Below are positions 28,642 through 39,588 of a stretch of DNA of 64,000 nt, piece by piece; within the stretch, counting starts at the first letter, position 1, and every line of letters starts with the position of its first letter. Position numbers and translations under genes: made by a program. A model generated the notes under the pieces. That model searched no databases. It was not told the DNA's origin and worked only from the letters and a program-made list of their open reading frames with translations. Location: NCBI GenBank assembly GCA_001821055.1, contig MHRT01000006.1, positions 8,572 through 72,571 of the forward strand. Reading direction: 5' to 3'. The stretch is from Candidatus Taylorbacteria bacterium RIFCSPHIGHO2_12_FULL_45_16. GTDB lineage: Bacteria > Patescibacteriota > Minisyncoccia > Phycocordibacterales > PALSA-1337.

Positions 28642-28800
28642 CTATTTCTTGGTCTCCTTAAAGACCACGTGCTTGCGCAGTTTGGCGCTGTATTTCTTGA
28701 GTTCAATCTTCTTTTCGACAGTCTTCTTGTTCTTGCGAGACCAATAAGTCTCGCCGGTTGATTTGTTTTTGAGCACGATAAGTTGTGTCTGTTTGGCCAT
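28642..28800 (-). CDS. rpmG: 50S ribosomal protein L33 (cysteine-free form); missing from the ORF track
   Basis: MAKQTQLIVLKNKSTGETYWSRKNKKTVEKKIELKKYSAKLRKHVVFKETKK. Confidence 0.93.
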   Translation of the reverse strand: MAKQTQLIVLKNKSTGETYWSRKNKKTVEKKIELKKYSAKLRKHVVFKETKK

Positions 28801-28920
28801 GTTATTGGTAAGATTGTGTCATCAAAGGATAAAAATAATGTCGCCGTACTATAGCATATAAAAATATAGGGCGCAACGAGGAAATCGTTGCGCCCACACA
28901 TTCATCACTGTTCTCTGCTG

Positions 28921-30036
28921 TCAGATCTCCGTTGTCGTAACTGGCGTAGCTGGGCTACTGCCTCCGCCTCCTCCAAAGCTTGGAGCTGTGTAGAAACGGT
29001 GGAAGTTGATCCATCCTCGATCAATTGGTTTGGAACCGTTTGGCAGAGCCGTCACCACTACCTTGCCAACGTTCATGTTCGCCGTGTTGACCCGAGTCTC
29101 CTTTCCCCAAGGATAAACGACACTGTTGTCTTTGAGTTCAAGAGCGACCATATCGCCTTGCTCGGTAACTTGATGCACATAGAATGTGACGTCGCCCCAG
29201 AGTGATAGCTCCAAGCCGCCAGCATCCACGTCCGTGAACATGACTTTTCCCGTCATGTTCGTCCCAGCAGTAGTGGGAACACTGCAATCAAACGAAATGC
29301 TCCCAAGGATGAACCATGCATCAGTGCGATCGCTGGGGAATTCAACCCCTACGACATTGCCAATGTATCTGATCGCAACGTAGCCTTCATCAGGTGTGAC
29401 CGGCTCCTTGAATGGCTCGAGTGTTCCTTGTCCCAATGGACTACCATCACTTCGTTTGCGGAGTATGTAGTGATACGAGCCGCCGACTGGCGAGAGGTAT
29501 ACGGCAAAATTGCCGTTTTCGTCACTGCCATAACCGTATCCGTAGGGGAATCCTTCGATATCAAGTTCGACATCATTCGGATCAGTCCCCAGCGGTAACG
29601 GCAACACAGTCTTGATGTCGCCAGGCCGCAGGATGACCTCTATGCGATCACCTTTGATGACGTTCCGCAAGTAAGTGTACCCGTAACCGGCATATGCGCC
29701 TTTTGAGGAACGCGCATCCACATTCAGATTGACATCCTTCATGCGGCCCCCATTCCCCATGGGAATACCGAAGATGGGCTTCGGTAACGGGATGTTCACG
29801 TCGTTGATGACGAGATTGGTGATGGCAAAGTCTGACTTGCGCACCACAAACCGCATCCAGGTATCCTGCCACAGATCATTGACCAACGACTTGGCATTGA
29901 GGTTGCATTCGAATGACGTTGGTGGCTTCATGACGAATCCACGGGCCACATTCAACGGGTTGACGGCATCGTCCTGAGCCTGCACACACATGCAGAAGGC
30001 GATGAGTGAAAAGAAACCTGCGATTAGTTTTTTCAT
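28921..30036 (-). CDS. Secreted beta-rich hypothetical protein
   Basis: Signal peptide ending VQA-Q; Gly/Ser/Thr/Pro tail; no recognised family. Confidence 0.75.
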   Translation of the reverse strand: MKKLIAGFFSLIAFCMCVQAQDDAVNPLNVARGFVMKPPTSFECNLNAKSLVNDLWQDTWMRFVVRKSDFAITNLVINDVNIPLPKPIFGIPMGNGGRMKDVNLNVDARSSKGAYAGYGYTYLRNVIKGDRIEVILRPGDIKTVLPLPLGTDPNDVELDIEGFPYGYGYGSDENGNFAVYLSPVGGSYHYILRKRSDGSPLGQGTLEPFKEPVTPDEGYVAIRYIGNVVGVEFPSDRTDAWFILGSISFDCSVPTTAGTNMTGKVMFTDVDAGGLELSLWGDVTFYVHQVTEQGDMVALELKDNSVVYPWGKETRVNTANMNVGKVVVTALPNGSKPIDRGWINFHRFYTAPSFGGGGGSSPATPVTTTEI

Positions 30037-30069
30037 TTATGCTTGAGTTTTGCTGTTGAGTTGACCGAA

Positions 30070-30303
30070 TTACTTGACCGAGACCGTAACCGTGTTTGAG
30101 AGACTGAAACCGAGAGCATTGAGTGCTTCCTCGGTTACATCCTGCGCATTTGTTGTTTCCGGCACCACACCCCAGCCATTTTCGGACTGGTTTTGGCTTT
30201 CCGATGTCGGTTCCACGGCTTCTTGCCGAGGTGGAACCTTGAGGCCCACCAGCAGAAGCCCACCAGCAACCGCAACGCAGAATCTGAGTTTCTTATTCTT
30301 CAT
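30070..30303 (-). CDS. Small exported or membrane-anchored hypothetical protein
   Basis: MKNKKLRF followed by a hydrophobic stretch; promoter TTGACA-N17-TATATT at 30477-30449. Confidence 0.5.
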   Translation of the reverse strand: MKNKKLRFCVAVAGGLLLVGLKVPPRQEAVEPTSESQNQSENGWGVVPETTNAQDVTEEALNALGFSLSNTVTVSVK

Positions 30304-30544
30304 TTGTTTCTTTCCAACAGTCCTTCGACAATACGCATCGCCCCGCTCCACAACAGGTGGAAAGGCTTGATTTGTCTATCTTTCTGACAATATGTGATTG
30401 CCAAAGGACTGAAAACGGGACCAGTAAGTCCCATGTAATTCGCCCCCAAATATAGCACAAGCGGTGTAGCTTGTCAATAGGGTATATGAATTTGAAGCAG
30501 AGTACAATAGAGACATACCGAGGTTCCACCTCGGTGCAATATCC

Positions 30545-31753
30545 ATGCGCAGACTCCTCACTCGCCTATCTCGTCTAAGATTTCCCTATGAACCGCTCAT
30601 TACGGTCAAGATTTCGCGTGGGCGGCTGATACATAATCTTCGCGAATTCATGAAGACCGCGCCAAAAGGAACGATTGCGCCCGTGCTAAAAAGTAACGCC
30701 TACGGGCACGGCTTGATTGAAGTAGCACGCATAATTGAAGCAGAAAGACGAAATCATCTGGGCCGGAGAAGTAAGGAAAAAGACCGTATTCCCTTTCTGG
30801 TTGTTGATTCCTTTTTTGAAGCGGTGGCCTTACGAGCCGCGCGAATAAAATCTCCTTTACTCATCATCGGGTACACGCGACCGGAAACAATTGCTCGATC
30901 ACGACTGCGCGATGTCTCGTTCATCATTACTTCGATCGAGACCTTGAAGCATATCGCCGAGTATCAGTATTCATTTTTGGATTTCGGTGGCCGGCGCATC
31001 TTCATTCACCTCAAAATAGACACGGGCATGCACCGCCAAGGCATACTGCCAAGCGAGCTCAATCAAATTTCCAATATTTTGGAGATGAACCCCTCTATCG
31101 CCCTCAAAGGAATATGCTCCCATTTTTCTGACGCCGACAATGCTGACCCTTCATCAACCGAATCACAGACGCATGTCTGGAATAAGATCGTACGGGAAAT
31201 GAGCCAACAATACACCTCAATCGAATACATCCACATCAGCAATACCGATGGGCATCGATATGTATCGGAAAGTCATGCCAACCTCTCGCGTCTCGGACTT
31301 GGTCTTTATGGTCTCGTGGACGGCAATTCATTTTCTCCGACGCTGGACATCAAACCAGTCATGAGTATGGAGACTATCATCACGGGAATCAAGAAAATCC
31401 AGCGTGACGACACGGTCGGCTACGGCAATACCTTCAAAGCTGAAAAAGAAATGCTCATCGCCACCATTCCCGTCGGGTATTTTGAAGGAATTGACCGCCG
31501 ACTTTCAAACTGCGGGAGTGTCTTGGTTGGTACCGAACACATACCTTGCCCCATCATCGGACGCGTCAGTATGAATATAACGACAATTGATGTCAGTCAC
31601 ATGCCTGAAGTGAAAATGGGCGCGCCGGTCACCGTCATCAGCAATACAGCAGTTGATCAAAATTCCATCATGAATATGGCGAAAATCGCACGGACTATTC
31701 CCTATGAAATCGCGGTACATGTGCCGGAGCAGTTGAAAAGAGTCGTGATATAA
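30545..31753 (+). CDS. alr: Alanine racemase
   Basis: PVLKSNAYGHG (PLP lysine), HLKIDTGMHR, VGYG, GRVSMN. Confidence 0.95.
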   Translation: MRRLLTRLSRLRFPYEPLITVKISRGRLIHNLREFMKTAPKGTIAPVLKSNAYGHGLIEVARIIEAERRNHLGRRSKEKDRIPFLVVDSFFEAVALRAARIKSPLLIIGYTRPETIARSRLRDVSFIITSIETLKHIAEYQYSFLDFGGRRIFIHLKIDTGMHRQGILPSELNQISNILEMNPSIALKGICSHFSDADNADPSSTESQTHVWNKIVREMSQQYTSIEYIHISNTDGHRYVSESHANLSRLGLGLYGLVDGNSFSPTLDIKPVMSMETIITGIKKIQRDDTVGYGNTFKAEKEMLIATIPVGYFEGIDRRLSNCGSVLVGTEHIPCPIIGRVSMNITTIDVSHMPEVKMGAPVTVISNTAVDQNSIMNMAKIARTIPYEIAVHVPEQLKRVVI

Positions 31754-31790
31754 GGTATTTTATACGTGGAAAACAACCAGGAGGGTATAT

Positions 31791-32108
31791 ATGACCTTAT
31801 GGATATTGATTGTGTCTTTGATCTGCTTTGACATGCTGTATAGTCGGGCCAAAGTCGCGCAAGTGGCCAGATCTGCCGTGTACAGAAAAAACTGCCAAAA
31901 ATATTTCCGTGCCAGAAAAGAGCGCATGGAACATGAAGAACTGAATGGTGTCGACAACGCTATAGCTCATTTTCGGCTCCAAGAGCTAATCAGGATAGAA
32001 GTCGGGGCACTGGAATTTTTGCGGAATTATCATCCTCGGGAAAGCGCTTATTTGGAGATTGACCTACGAGCGCTTCTGCGACGGATGGATGACACCGTCA
32101 TTCACTAA
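31791..32108 (+). CDS. Hypothetical protein with N-terminal TM segment
   Basis: AGGAGG upstream; terminator AAGACCGGA..TCCGGTCTT at 32134-32157. Confidence 0.6.
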   Translation: MTLWILIVSLICFDMLYSRAKVAQVARSAVYRKNCQKYFRARKERMEHEELNGVDNAIAHFRLQELIRIEVGALEFLRNYHPRESAYLEIDLRALLRRMDDTVIH

Positions 32109-32219
32109 GAAATCCAATGAGAAGCGACTGAGCAAGACCGGAAAAAGCTCCGGTCTTTATTTATAGTTAATTCAAAATAAAGCCAGACTTGTGTCTACTT
32201 TATGGGGTACAGATCACTG

Positions 32220-32303
32220 TGCGCAGGGAGGGATTTGAACCCCCGTAGCCCATAGGGCGATGGATTTACAGTCCATTGCAATTGACCGCTCTGCCACCTG
32301 CGC
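32220..32303 (-). tRNA. tRNA-Tyr(GTA)
   Basis: ATGGA-CTGTAAA-TCCAT, long variable arm. Confidence 0.96.
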
Positions 32304-32376
32304 GCATAAACACCAAAGAACCTCTTGGATTCTAGCGGTTTTTTCGATTTATCACAAGTCACTATGACAGGATAAT

Positions 32377-35148
32377 CTACTTTTGCCCCACCATCTTTGG
32401 CATCACAATAGGAATCTCCTCTTTATCGCGTCGAACGGGAGTCCGCGGCGATAATGGACTTTTCTTTTTTACTTCAAATCTAAACTCAACCGAAGCTTCT
32501 TGAGAGAAACCTTTTTCAATCGGTCTTACATCAACCTCTATAACACCCCCTTTTGTCACCTCCTGGCTGATAAGCAGATTGGCAACCGGCGTAAGAATTT
32601 TGTTCTGAATCAAACGCTTCAACGGACGGGCGCCATACTGCGGATTGTAGCCTTCTTTAGCAAGATAATCGAACACTAGAGTTGAAAGCGTCAGACCGAT
32701 ATGTTTGTCAGCCAAACGCTTGACTATCTGCTCGACCTGAATCTTCACAATCTCACGAATAGCTGCCGGTGAAAGAATATCAAATATGATCATATCATCA
32801 ACGCGGTTCAGAAATTCTGGGCGAAAATAATCTTTAAGCGAAGACATGATCTTGTTTTTGGCCTCTATATAATTTTCGCGGTCGCGGTTGCCGCTTTCGC
32901 GAGCAAAGCCGATTTTTTCCATGCGATCTATATGCTGAGCTCCGATATTGGAAGTCATGATAATCACTGTGTTGCGGAAATTTACCGTGCGACCTTTCGA
33001 ATCCGTCAGACGACCGTTATCCAAAACTTGCAAAAGCACATTGAAAACCTCCGGATGGGCTTTTTCAATCTCATCAAAAAGAATGACGGCATACGGGCGA
33101 TGGCGTACGGCTTCCGTGAGCCCACCCGCTTCGTCATACCCGACATATCCTGGAGGCGCGCCTATAAGTTTGGACACTGAATGCTTTTCCATGAATTCAG
33201 ACATGTCCACGCGGATTAGCGCCTTGTCGTCATTAAAGAGAAATTCCGCCAAAGCCTTGGTCAATTCGGTTTTGCCGACGCCGGTAGGACCTAGGAAAAT
33301 GAACGAACCAATTGGACGGTTCGGATCGGAAATACCGGCCCTAGAACGTCGGATAGTGTCGGAAATTTTGGTGACCGCTTCATTTTGACCGACGATTCGT
33401 TTTTTGAGTTCATCTTCCATGCGCGTAAGTTTTGCGGCTTCAGATTCCAGCATTCTTGAAACCGGAATGCCCGTCCAACGCGCGACCACGCCGGCGATAT
33501 CTTCGGCGTTGATTTCTTCTTTGAGAATGCGTCGGGATGATTGAAGCTTCTGAAGGCGCTTGGTTTTCTGTGCAAGATCTTTTTCGAGCGCGGGGATGGT
33601 GCCGTAACGGATTTCGGCCGCTTTGGACAAATCCGCCCTGGCTTCCACCATCTCAGCCTCAACACGCAATCCTTCAAGCTCTTTCTTGAGGCGTTTTATG
33701 TCACCAATAGTCTCTTTCTCATTTGTCCATTTGAGTTCCAGCTCAGAAGTTCCTTCCTTGAGATCGGCAATCTCTTTTTCTATTTTGGACATGCGACTTT
33801 TTGCTTCTTTGTTCGATTGTCCTCTAGAACCTTGGCGAAGAGAAATCTCTTTTTTCAAAGCCTCTCGTTCAATCTCAAAACGCATAATCTTTCTCCGAGT
33901 CTCTTCCAGCGCTGGCGGCATATTTTCCAAAGAAATACGTAACGAAGAGGCGGCCTCGTCAATAAGATCAACGACCTTGTCCGGCAAGAATCGGTCTGTA
34001 ATATAACGGCTCGCCAATGTCACCGCCGCCACAATAGCGTCATCGGTAATGCGCACGCCGTGGAAGAGTTCATATTTTTCTTTTAGGCCGCGCAAAATAG
34101 CGATGGCGTCTTCGGTCGATGGTTCATTGACGAAGACCGGTTGGAAACGGCGAGTCAGCGCCGGATCTCTCTCTATGTATTTTTGATATTCCTTGAGCGT
34201 GGTAGCTCCGATGGCGCGAAGTTCACCGCGAGCCAAGGCCGGTTTCAACATGTTGGAGGCGTCCATGGAACCTTCGGACGCGCCAGCACCGACCAGTGTG
34301 TGCATCTCGTCAATAAAAAGAATAACTTTGCCGTCGGCCTTCTCGACTTCCCTTAGAATATTTTTGAGACGCTCTTCAAATTCACCGCGATATTTTGTGC
34401 CGGCGATGAGCGAACCTAGGTCAAGCGAAACGAGTTCTTTGTCTTTGAGGGATTCTGGAATATCCCCCTGGGCCATGCGAATGGCTAGGCCTTCGGCAAT
34501 GGCAGTCTTGCCGACGCCGGCTTCACCGATCAAAATCGGGTTATTCTTGGTGCGACGCGAGAGAATCTGGATAATGCGCATAATCTCGCTGTCACGACCA
34601 ATGACCGGATCAAGTTTGTTTTCCTTGGCAAGTTTGGTGAGCGAACGGGCGTATTTGTACAGCGTACGAAATTTCTTTGGTTCAGCGTCTTTCGTCTGAG
34701 GATTCTTTTTGAGTTCTTCGACGATCTTCACCACTGCTTCGCGATCAATTTTGAAACGGCTGAGAATGTCACGAGCGATACAAGGTATGTCAAAAATGGA
34801 CAAAAACACATGTTCCGTGGAGATGAATTCATCCTTCATGGATGTAGCCACGCGCACGGAATTGTCGAGAATCTGCGCCAAATCCGGAGTGAGATAGATT
34901 TGGTACGACGGAGACAAAACGTTGGAACCTTCGGGGGCTTCGATATGTTCCAGAACGATATCCGACAACATCGGTGTATCTATTTCCATTTTGTCGAGAA
35001 TGGAGGTGACCATGCTTTCTTCCTGGAGAATCAGGGCGCAAAGAAGATGCACGGGATTGACGTGATTTTGGCCTCGTTCTATGGCGAGTTCATGGGCTCT
35101 GCGCAAGGCTTCCCTGGCTTTTGTGGTGAGTTTGCTAAGTGGAGGCAT
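32377..35148 (-). CDS. clpB: ATP-dependent chaperone ClpB
   Basis: Two AAA+ modules ([16 protein letters not shown]), long middle domain with AAEIRYG, GARPLKR. Confidence 0.95.
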   Translation of the reverse strand: MPPLSKLTTKAREALRRAHELAIERGQNHVNPVHLLCALILQEESMVTSILDKMEIDTPMLSDIVLEHIEAPEGSNVLSPSYQIYLTPDLAQILDNSVRVATSMKDEFISTEHVFLSIFDIPCIARDILSRFKIDREAVVKIVEELKKNPQTKDAEPKKFRTLYKYARSLTKLAKENKLDPVIGRDSEIMRIIQILSRRTKNNPILIGEAGVGKTAIAEGLAIRMAQGDIPESLKDKELVSLDLGSLIAGTKYRGEFEERLKNILREVEKADGKVILFIDEMHTLVGAGASEGSMDASNMLKPALARGELRAIGATTLKEYQKYIERDPALTRRFQPVFVNEPSTEDAIAILRGLKEKYELFHGVRITDDAIVAAVTLASRYITDRFLPDKVVDLIDEAASSLRISLENMPPALEETRRKIMRFEIEREALKKEISLRQGSRGQSNKEAKSRMSKIEKEIADLKEGTSELELKWTNEKETIGDIKRLKKELEGLRVEAEMVEARADLSKAAEIRYGTIPALEKDLAQKTKRLQKLQSSRRILKEEINAEDIAGVVARWTGIPVSRMLESEAAKLTRMEDELKKRIVGQNEAVTKISDTIRRSRAGISDPNRPIGSFIFLGPTGVGKTELTKALAEFLFNDDKALIRVDMSEFMEKHSVSKLIGAPPGYVGYDEAGGLTEAVRHRPYAVILFDEIEKAHPEVFNVLLQVLDNGRLTDSKGRTVNFRNTVIIMTSNIGAQHIDRMEKIGFARESGNRDRENYIEAKNKIMSSLKDYFRPEFLNRVDDMIIFDILSPAAIREIVKIQVEQIVKRLADKHIGLTLSTLVFDYLAKEGYNPQYGARPLKRLIQNKILTPVANLLISQEVTKGGVIEVDVRPIEKGFSQEASVEFRFEVKKKSPLSPRTPVRRDKEEIPIVMPKMVGQK

Positions 35149-35253
35149 GAGGATATAGTACTATAAAAATGGGTAATGAGTCAATTATGTGCATACGAAT
35201 CCAATCCAAAAAATATTCACAAAAATCACGTCTGTTTTGGAGTTAATAGAGTG

Positions 35254-37521
35254 TTACTTCGCCACCCTGACCGCATCTTCAAATTGGATTGAAAGTAACT
35301 TAGAAGCCCCATCCGAACCCATAGTCACACCGTAAAGAATTCCTGCGCGCGACATGGTTTCGCGATTGTGTGTTATTAGGATCAATTGTGAATGTTTGGA
35401 AAGGCTTTCAATCATATCGCCGTATTTTTTGGAATTCGCTTCATCCAAGGCCGCGTCAGTTTCATCAAGAATAATGAAAGGCGGCGGATTGACTTGAGAG
35501 ACTGCAAACAAAAGTGCTATGGAAGTCAACGCGCGTTCGCCGCCGGAAAGCATCATCAGGCCTCTGACTTTTTTGCGCGGCAAGCTGACATTGACCTCCA
35601 GGCCTTCTGGACCTTCTTCGACAGAATCTTCAGGGAGGTCCGACCTTAACGCCTCGCCTAGATCTTCCATGTCACTCTTCCGGCGATGCCTCATTTCCTT
35701 GACCACAGACAATTCTGCTTTTCCACCGCCAAACATCAAAGAGAAGAAATTTTGAAACTCGGTATTTATCTTCAAAATCCCAGTCTTGAATTCAATGTCA
35801 ATCCGCACATCAAGCTCGGCGATAAGCGCCAGCAATTCTTTCTTGGCTTTTTCTAGATCTTCAAGCTCGCGCGCCAAAAAAGTATCACGCTCTTCCGTCT
35901 CCCGATACTCATTTATGACTTCCGTGCCGCCGATCGCACCCGAATCTTCCAGCCGAATTTTAATTTTCTCAATCTGTCTGCGACGATCCGCCTGCAATTT
36001 TCTGGCGTTTTCCGAGGCCGAATCTTCGTGAGGTCCGACCTCCGAAAATGTCACGGCCTCCCTACCGGCTATTATTCCAGCTTCCCCAAGTTCGCGCTTA
36101 AATGCTTCTTCATCATGGACGATTGAATTCAAGGCGGTGTCTAGATTGCTGACCACGTTTCTGACCTCATTTTGCCTGGCGATAATTCGAAAGACGTCCT
36201 TTTCCGCGTCGCGGTTGGTATCTTTTTCTTTCTCAATCATTTGTTTCAATTCGGCATATCCATGAACATATTTAGACTCGATTTCGGATAATGAGAAAAG
36301 TTTAGACTCCAAAGAATCGCGTTCCTTTGATAATTTTTTGACCTCCTGGTCCATATCGCCAATCAGAGCCGAACCAGTATTGGATCTGTGGCTGGCGATG
36401 AATCTTTTCAAAACCGAAATCACTTCACCAAATAATTTTTTGGCATCCTCAATAACCCCGAACGATTCAACCGTCCGCAGAACTTCTTCAACATCCCTCA
36501 AGTAAACTGTCCGTGATTCCTCATTTTTCAGACGCGACTCTTCTTTTTCGATGGCTCTTTTATTGGCTGAAATTTCACCTTCAATACGCCCAAGCTCGCG
36601 ACCGATGGTATCCTTGTCGGCGCGCGTCTCGGCCAGTTTTCCCTCAAGCACGATTACCTCATCGCTCTTCTTATCTTTATTTTTTGAATCAGTCAATATC
36701 TTTTTGGCTCGCTCCAATTCCTTGTCCAGCTCCGCCAGCTCTTTCTTCGGTTCAAAAATTTCCCGAGTCATCCTCTCCTTTTCCGTGCGTATGTAAATAT
36801 CCTCGTGAGTGAAATAATCTTTGTAGAGCACCACAAGTTCCAGACGCATCTCTTCAGTCTTTTCCACTTTCTCCACCTGTTTCTTCAAGAATTTCAGGTG
36901 TGGAGCTATTTCCCGGCGTAGCGACGCAACACGTTCCATGTTTTCTTCGGTTCTCTCCAGTTTGCGGATGCTTTCCAGTTTTTTCCATTGAAAAATCTTA
37001 AGACCCAAGGCGTCTTCGATCATTTCTCTTCGTTCACGGATCGAGGCCGAAAGAATCCTATCAGCCTCCCCTTGTGAAATAATTTGGTGTCCGGTCGCCC
37101 CGATATGCGCGCCAGCCAACATTTCAATGACATCCTTCAGACGCACCTGACTGCCATTCAATAAATATTCATTGTTGTTGTCGCGATGGACCACGCGTTC
37201 AATATTCACTTCGTCAAAATCAATTCCAGTAAAAAGTTTCCGTGAATTATCAAATGTCAGCTTGACGCTGGCTCGATTTGCTCGGCCTGTCCCGGTTCCG
37301 ACTGATCCGTCTCCTCCGCCATTCCAGATCATGTCCTCGCCGCGCTTGCCGCGTAGAGACTTGATGGATTGTTCGCCCAGCACGAAACGGAAGGCTTCGG
37401 CGATATTGGATTTGCCCGAACCATTCGGTCCGACAACACCAGTGATTGGTGTGGTGAAGCTCAAAGAAGACTTCTTGGCAAAGGATTTAAAACCCGAGAG
37501 TTCGAGAGACTTCAGATACAT
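35254..37521 (-). CDS. smc: SMC-family chromosome segregation ATPase (short, 755 aa)
   Basis: GFKSFA, GPNGSGKSN, LSGGERAL, ILDETDAALDEAN, ITHN. Confidence 0.9.
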   Translation of the reverse strand: MYLKSLELSGFKSFAKKSSLSFTTPITGVVGPNGSGKSNIAEAFRFVLGEQSIKSLRGKRGEDMIWNGGGDGSVGTGTGRANRASVKLTFDNSRKLFTGIDFDEVNIERVVHRDNNNEYLLNGSQVRLKDVIEMLAGAHIGATGHQIISQGEADRILSASIRERREMIEDALGLKIFQWKKLESIRKLERTEENMERVASLRREIAPHLKFLKKQVEKVEKTEEMRLELVVLYKDYFTHEDIYIRTEKERMTREIFEPKKELAELDKELERAKKILTDSKNKDKKSDEVIVLEGKLAETRADKDTIGRELGRIEGEISANKRAIEKEESRLKNEESRTVYLRDVEEVLRTVESFGVIEDAKKLFGEVISVLKRFIASHRSNTGSALIGDMDQEVKKLSKERDSLESKLFSLSEIESKYVHGYAELKQMIEKEKDTNRDAEKDVFRIIARQNEVRNVVSNLDTALNSIVHDEEAFKRELGEAGIIAGREAVTFSEVGPHEDSASENARKLQADRRRQIEKIKIRLEDSGAIGGTEVINEYRETEERDTFLARELEDLEKAKKELLALIAELDVRIDIEFKTGILKINTEFQNFFSLMFGGGKAELSVVKEMRHRRKSDMEDLGEALRSDLPEDSVEEGPEGLEVNVSLPRKKVRGLMMLSGGERALTSIALLFAVSQVNPPPFIILDETDAALDEANSKKYGDMIESLSKHSQLILITHNRETMSRAGILYGVTMGSDGASKLLSIQFEDAVRVAK

Positions 37522-37621
37522 GGCGGTAAATATACCTTATATTATAGCGTATTTTTAGATAAAAAAATGCCCCAAGATGGCGGCATGAGACTCTAGACCA
37601 AGTGTAGTTTTGCTTCTGCAA

Positions 37622-37804
37622 TCAGCGACCGCGAAAAAACCTCGGTGCAGGACGGATATTCAGGAATCTTCCTGAACCATGGCGAATAAATCCCCAACCA
37701 AGCAGTGCTAGCGAATAGTTAGCGGCAGACTGAATCTCCTGTACCATTTGCTTGATCCGAGCTTTTTCATCACGTTCCGACTTCGAAAGAACAGATCTCT
37801 TCAT
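37622..37804 (-). CDS. Small hypothetical protein
   Basis: 60-aa ORF filling the rnc-smc gap on the same strand. Confidence 0.35.
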   Translation of the reverse strand: MKRSVLSKSERDEKARIKQMVQEIQSAANYSLALLGWGFIRHGSGRFLNIRPAPRFFRGR

Positions 37805-37853
37805 AAAAAACCTTTGGTTGAATTCACCACAATCGTACCAAATTCATAAAAAA

Positions 37854-38552
37854 TCACCACCCCTTGGCCTCCAGCGCCTTCTCGGCCGCCTGCTGTTCAG
37901 CCTCTTGCTTGGACTGGCCTGTACCGGAAGCAATATGAACATCTTTGAGGAAAACACCCAGTGTGAATTTTTTGTCGTGATCAGGCCCGATTTCCTTGAG
38001 AGTCTTGTACGAAGGGGTTATGCTTTCTTTTTCCTGGGCAACTTCCTGAAAACGACTCTTGGCATCAATCCAGAGTTTCTTTTTTATAATCTCTTCAATA
38101 TCAATAACTTGGAGCACCTGTTCGGAAATGAAGTTGGCGGCGGCATTATAACCCTGATCCATGTAGATCGCTCCGATGATCGCCTCAACGGCATTGGCCA
38201 AGATAATGGCGCGCGCGCGACCGGTATCTTTGGCTTCTCCTTTTGACAACAAGATGAATTCATTCAAGCCCACATGCTCGGCCACTTTGATCAAACTCAT
38301 AGTATTGACGATTGCTGAACGATAAGCCGTCAGCTCCCCTTCCTGTTTCTCTGGATATTTACGAAACAAATAACTTGTGACCACCAATTCCAAAACCGCG
38401 TCTCCCAGAAATTCGAGGCGCTCATTGTGCTCCATGCCCGAAACTTTGTTTTCATTCAAATAGGAACGATGGGTGCAGGCAGTTCGAAGTAGAGTGATGT
38501 CGCGGAATTCGATGCCGATCTTAGTTGCTAATTTCTCGATGATGTTTTTCAT
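37854..38552 (-). CDS. rnc: Ribonuclease III
   Basis: HNERLEFLGDAVL plus double-stranded RNA-binding domain. Confidence 0.97.
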   Translation of the reverse strand: MKNIIEKLATKIGIEFRDITLLRTACTHRSYLNENKVSGMEHNERLEFLGDAVLELVVTSYLFRKYPEKQEGELTAYRSAIVNTMSLIKVAEHVGLNEFILLSKGEAKDTGRARAIILANAVEAIIGAIYMDQGYNAAANFISEQVLQVIDIEEIIKKKLWIDAKSRFQEVAQEKESITPSYKTLKEIGPDHDKKFTLGVFLKDVHIASGTGQSKQEAEQQAAEKALEAKGW

Positions 38553-38645
38553 ACTTGACAAATGATTTGGATATTATTACAGCTATTAACGAAAGGACAA
38601 CTATGTAACCGTCAATTGCCAGGCACAGACTGCTGGGCTTTTTAT

Positions 38646-39545
38646 TTACTTTTCCGAACTTACAATCTGCACTGCTTTCGTAACTATCGGCAGGATGTCA
38701 TTATAAAAATTCAATTCAAGAATATCGGCCAGTTTGAACCACTTGGCGTCATCAAGTCCTGGTTTCTTGGCTAATTGTAATTCTGTAAATTTAGACTCGG
38801 TTAAATAATAGTGGACCTGCTTTCTAATTTTCCCGATTTCTGGATCATTGGCAATATACTCATTTTGTCCCAAATCTTCAATAATCTTCACCTCAAGACC
38901 GATCTCCTCTTTGACCTTGGCGACCGTGCCTTCGCTAGGGTCAACACCCTCCGGAATTTTACCTTTTGACAGGGTCCAGTGGCCAAAGGCATCATGAACG
39001 AAAGCGAAATATATTTCTTCGTCTTTTTTGCCATACACCACTGCTCCGCCCAAATGTTGGATTGGCATCTGCTCATATGGAACCTCGACCTTCTTCTTTT
39101 TGACTGGTTGAGCATCTTTGCCTGGTTCACCAAGCTCTTTGTACACGGCACCAAGTACGCCGTTGACGAATCGTCCGCTAGTTTCACCACCAAATGTTTT
39201 AGCCAACTCGATGGACTCGTTTATGGCGACTTTTGCCGGAACTTCGGCTCGATCGGCAAACAAAAGCTCATATAGACCGAGACGCAGGACATTGCGGTCA
39301 ACCGGAGAAATTTTGTCCAAAGGCCAATCAGGCGCAGCTTTGGCGATGATATCATTCAAGTCCTGTTTCTTGGCCAGAATGCCCTTCATCAAAGAATCAA
39401 TAAATGAAACATCAGTAACCCCGGGAGCAAACTCCTTGGTATTGCGGGCGATGATGGCTGACACGGTCTCGTCACGCTGACCACGCGCGTCCCACTCAAA
39501 GAGGGACTGCAGAACAACTGAACGAGAGAGATGTCTATTGGCCAT
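38646..39545 (-). CDS. nusB: NusB fused to a C-terminal Nudix-like domain
   Basis: NusB motifs (RNVLRLGLYEL, AINESIELAK, FVNGVLG) followed by WTLSKGK...EEIGL. Confidence 0.9.
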   Translation of the reverse strand: MANRHLSRSVVLQSLFEWDARGQRDETVSAIIARNTKEFAPGVTDVSFIDSLMKGILAKKQDLNDIIAKAAPDWPLDKISPVDRNVLRLGLYELLFADRAEVPAKVAINESIELAKTFGGETSGRFVNGVLGAVYKELGEPGKDAQPVKKKKVEVPYEQMPIQHLGGAVVYGKKDEEIYFAFVHDAFGHWTLSKGKIPEGVDPSEGTVAKVKEEIGLEVKIIEDLGQNEYIANDPEIGKIRKQVHYYLTESKFTELQLAKKPGLDDAKWFKLADILELNFYNDILPIVTKAVQIVSSEK

Positions 39546-39588
39546 TTTGATTAAAGAACAGATATCATTTTATGTGACTTGTAAGAAA

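Noticed and set aside
28629-28901. 90-aa ORF from the track
   Set aside because: It is in the wrong frame; the real gene is rpmG at 28642-28800.
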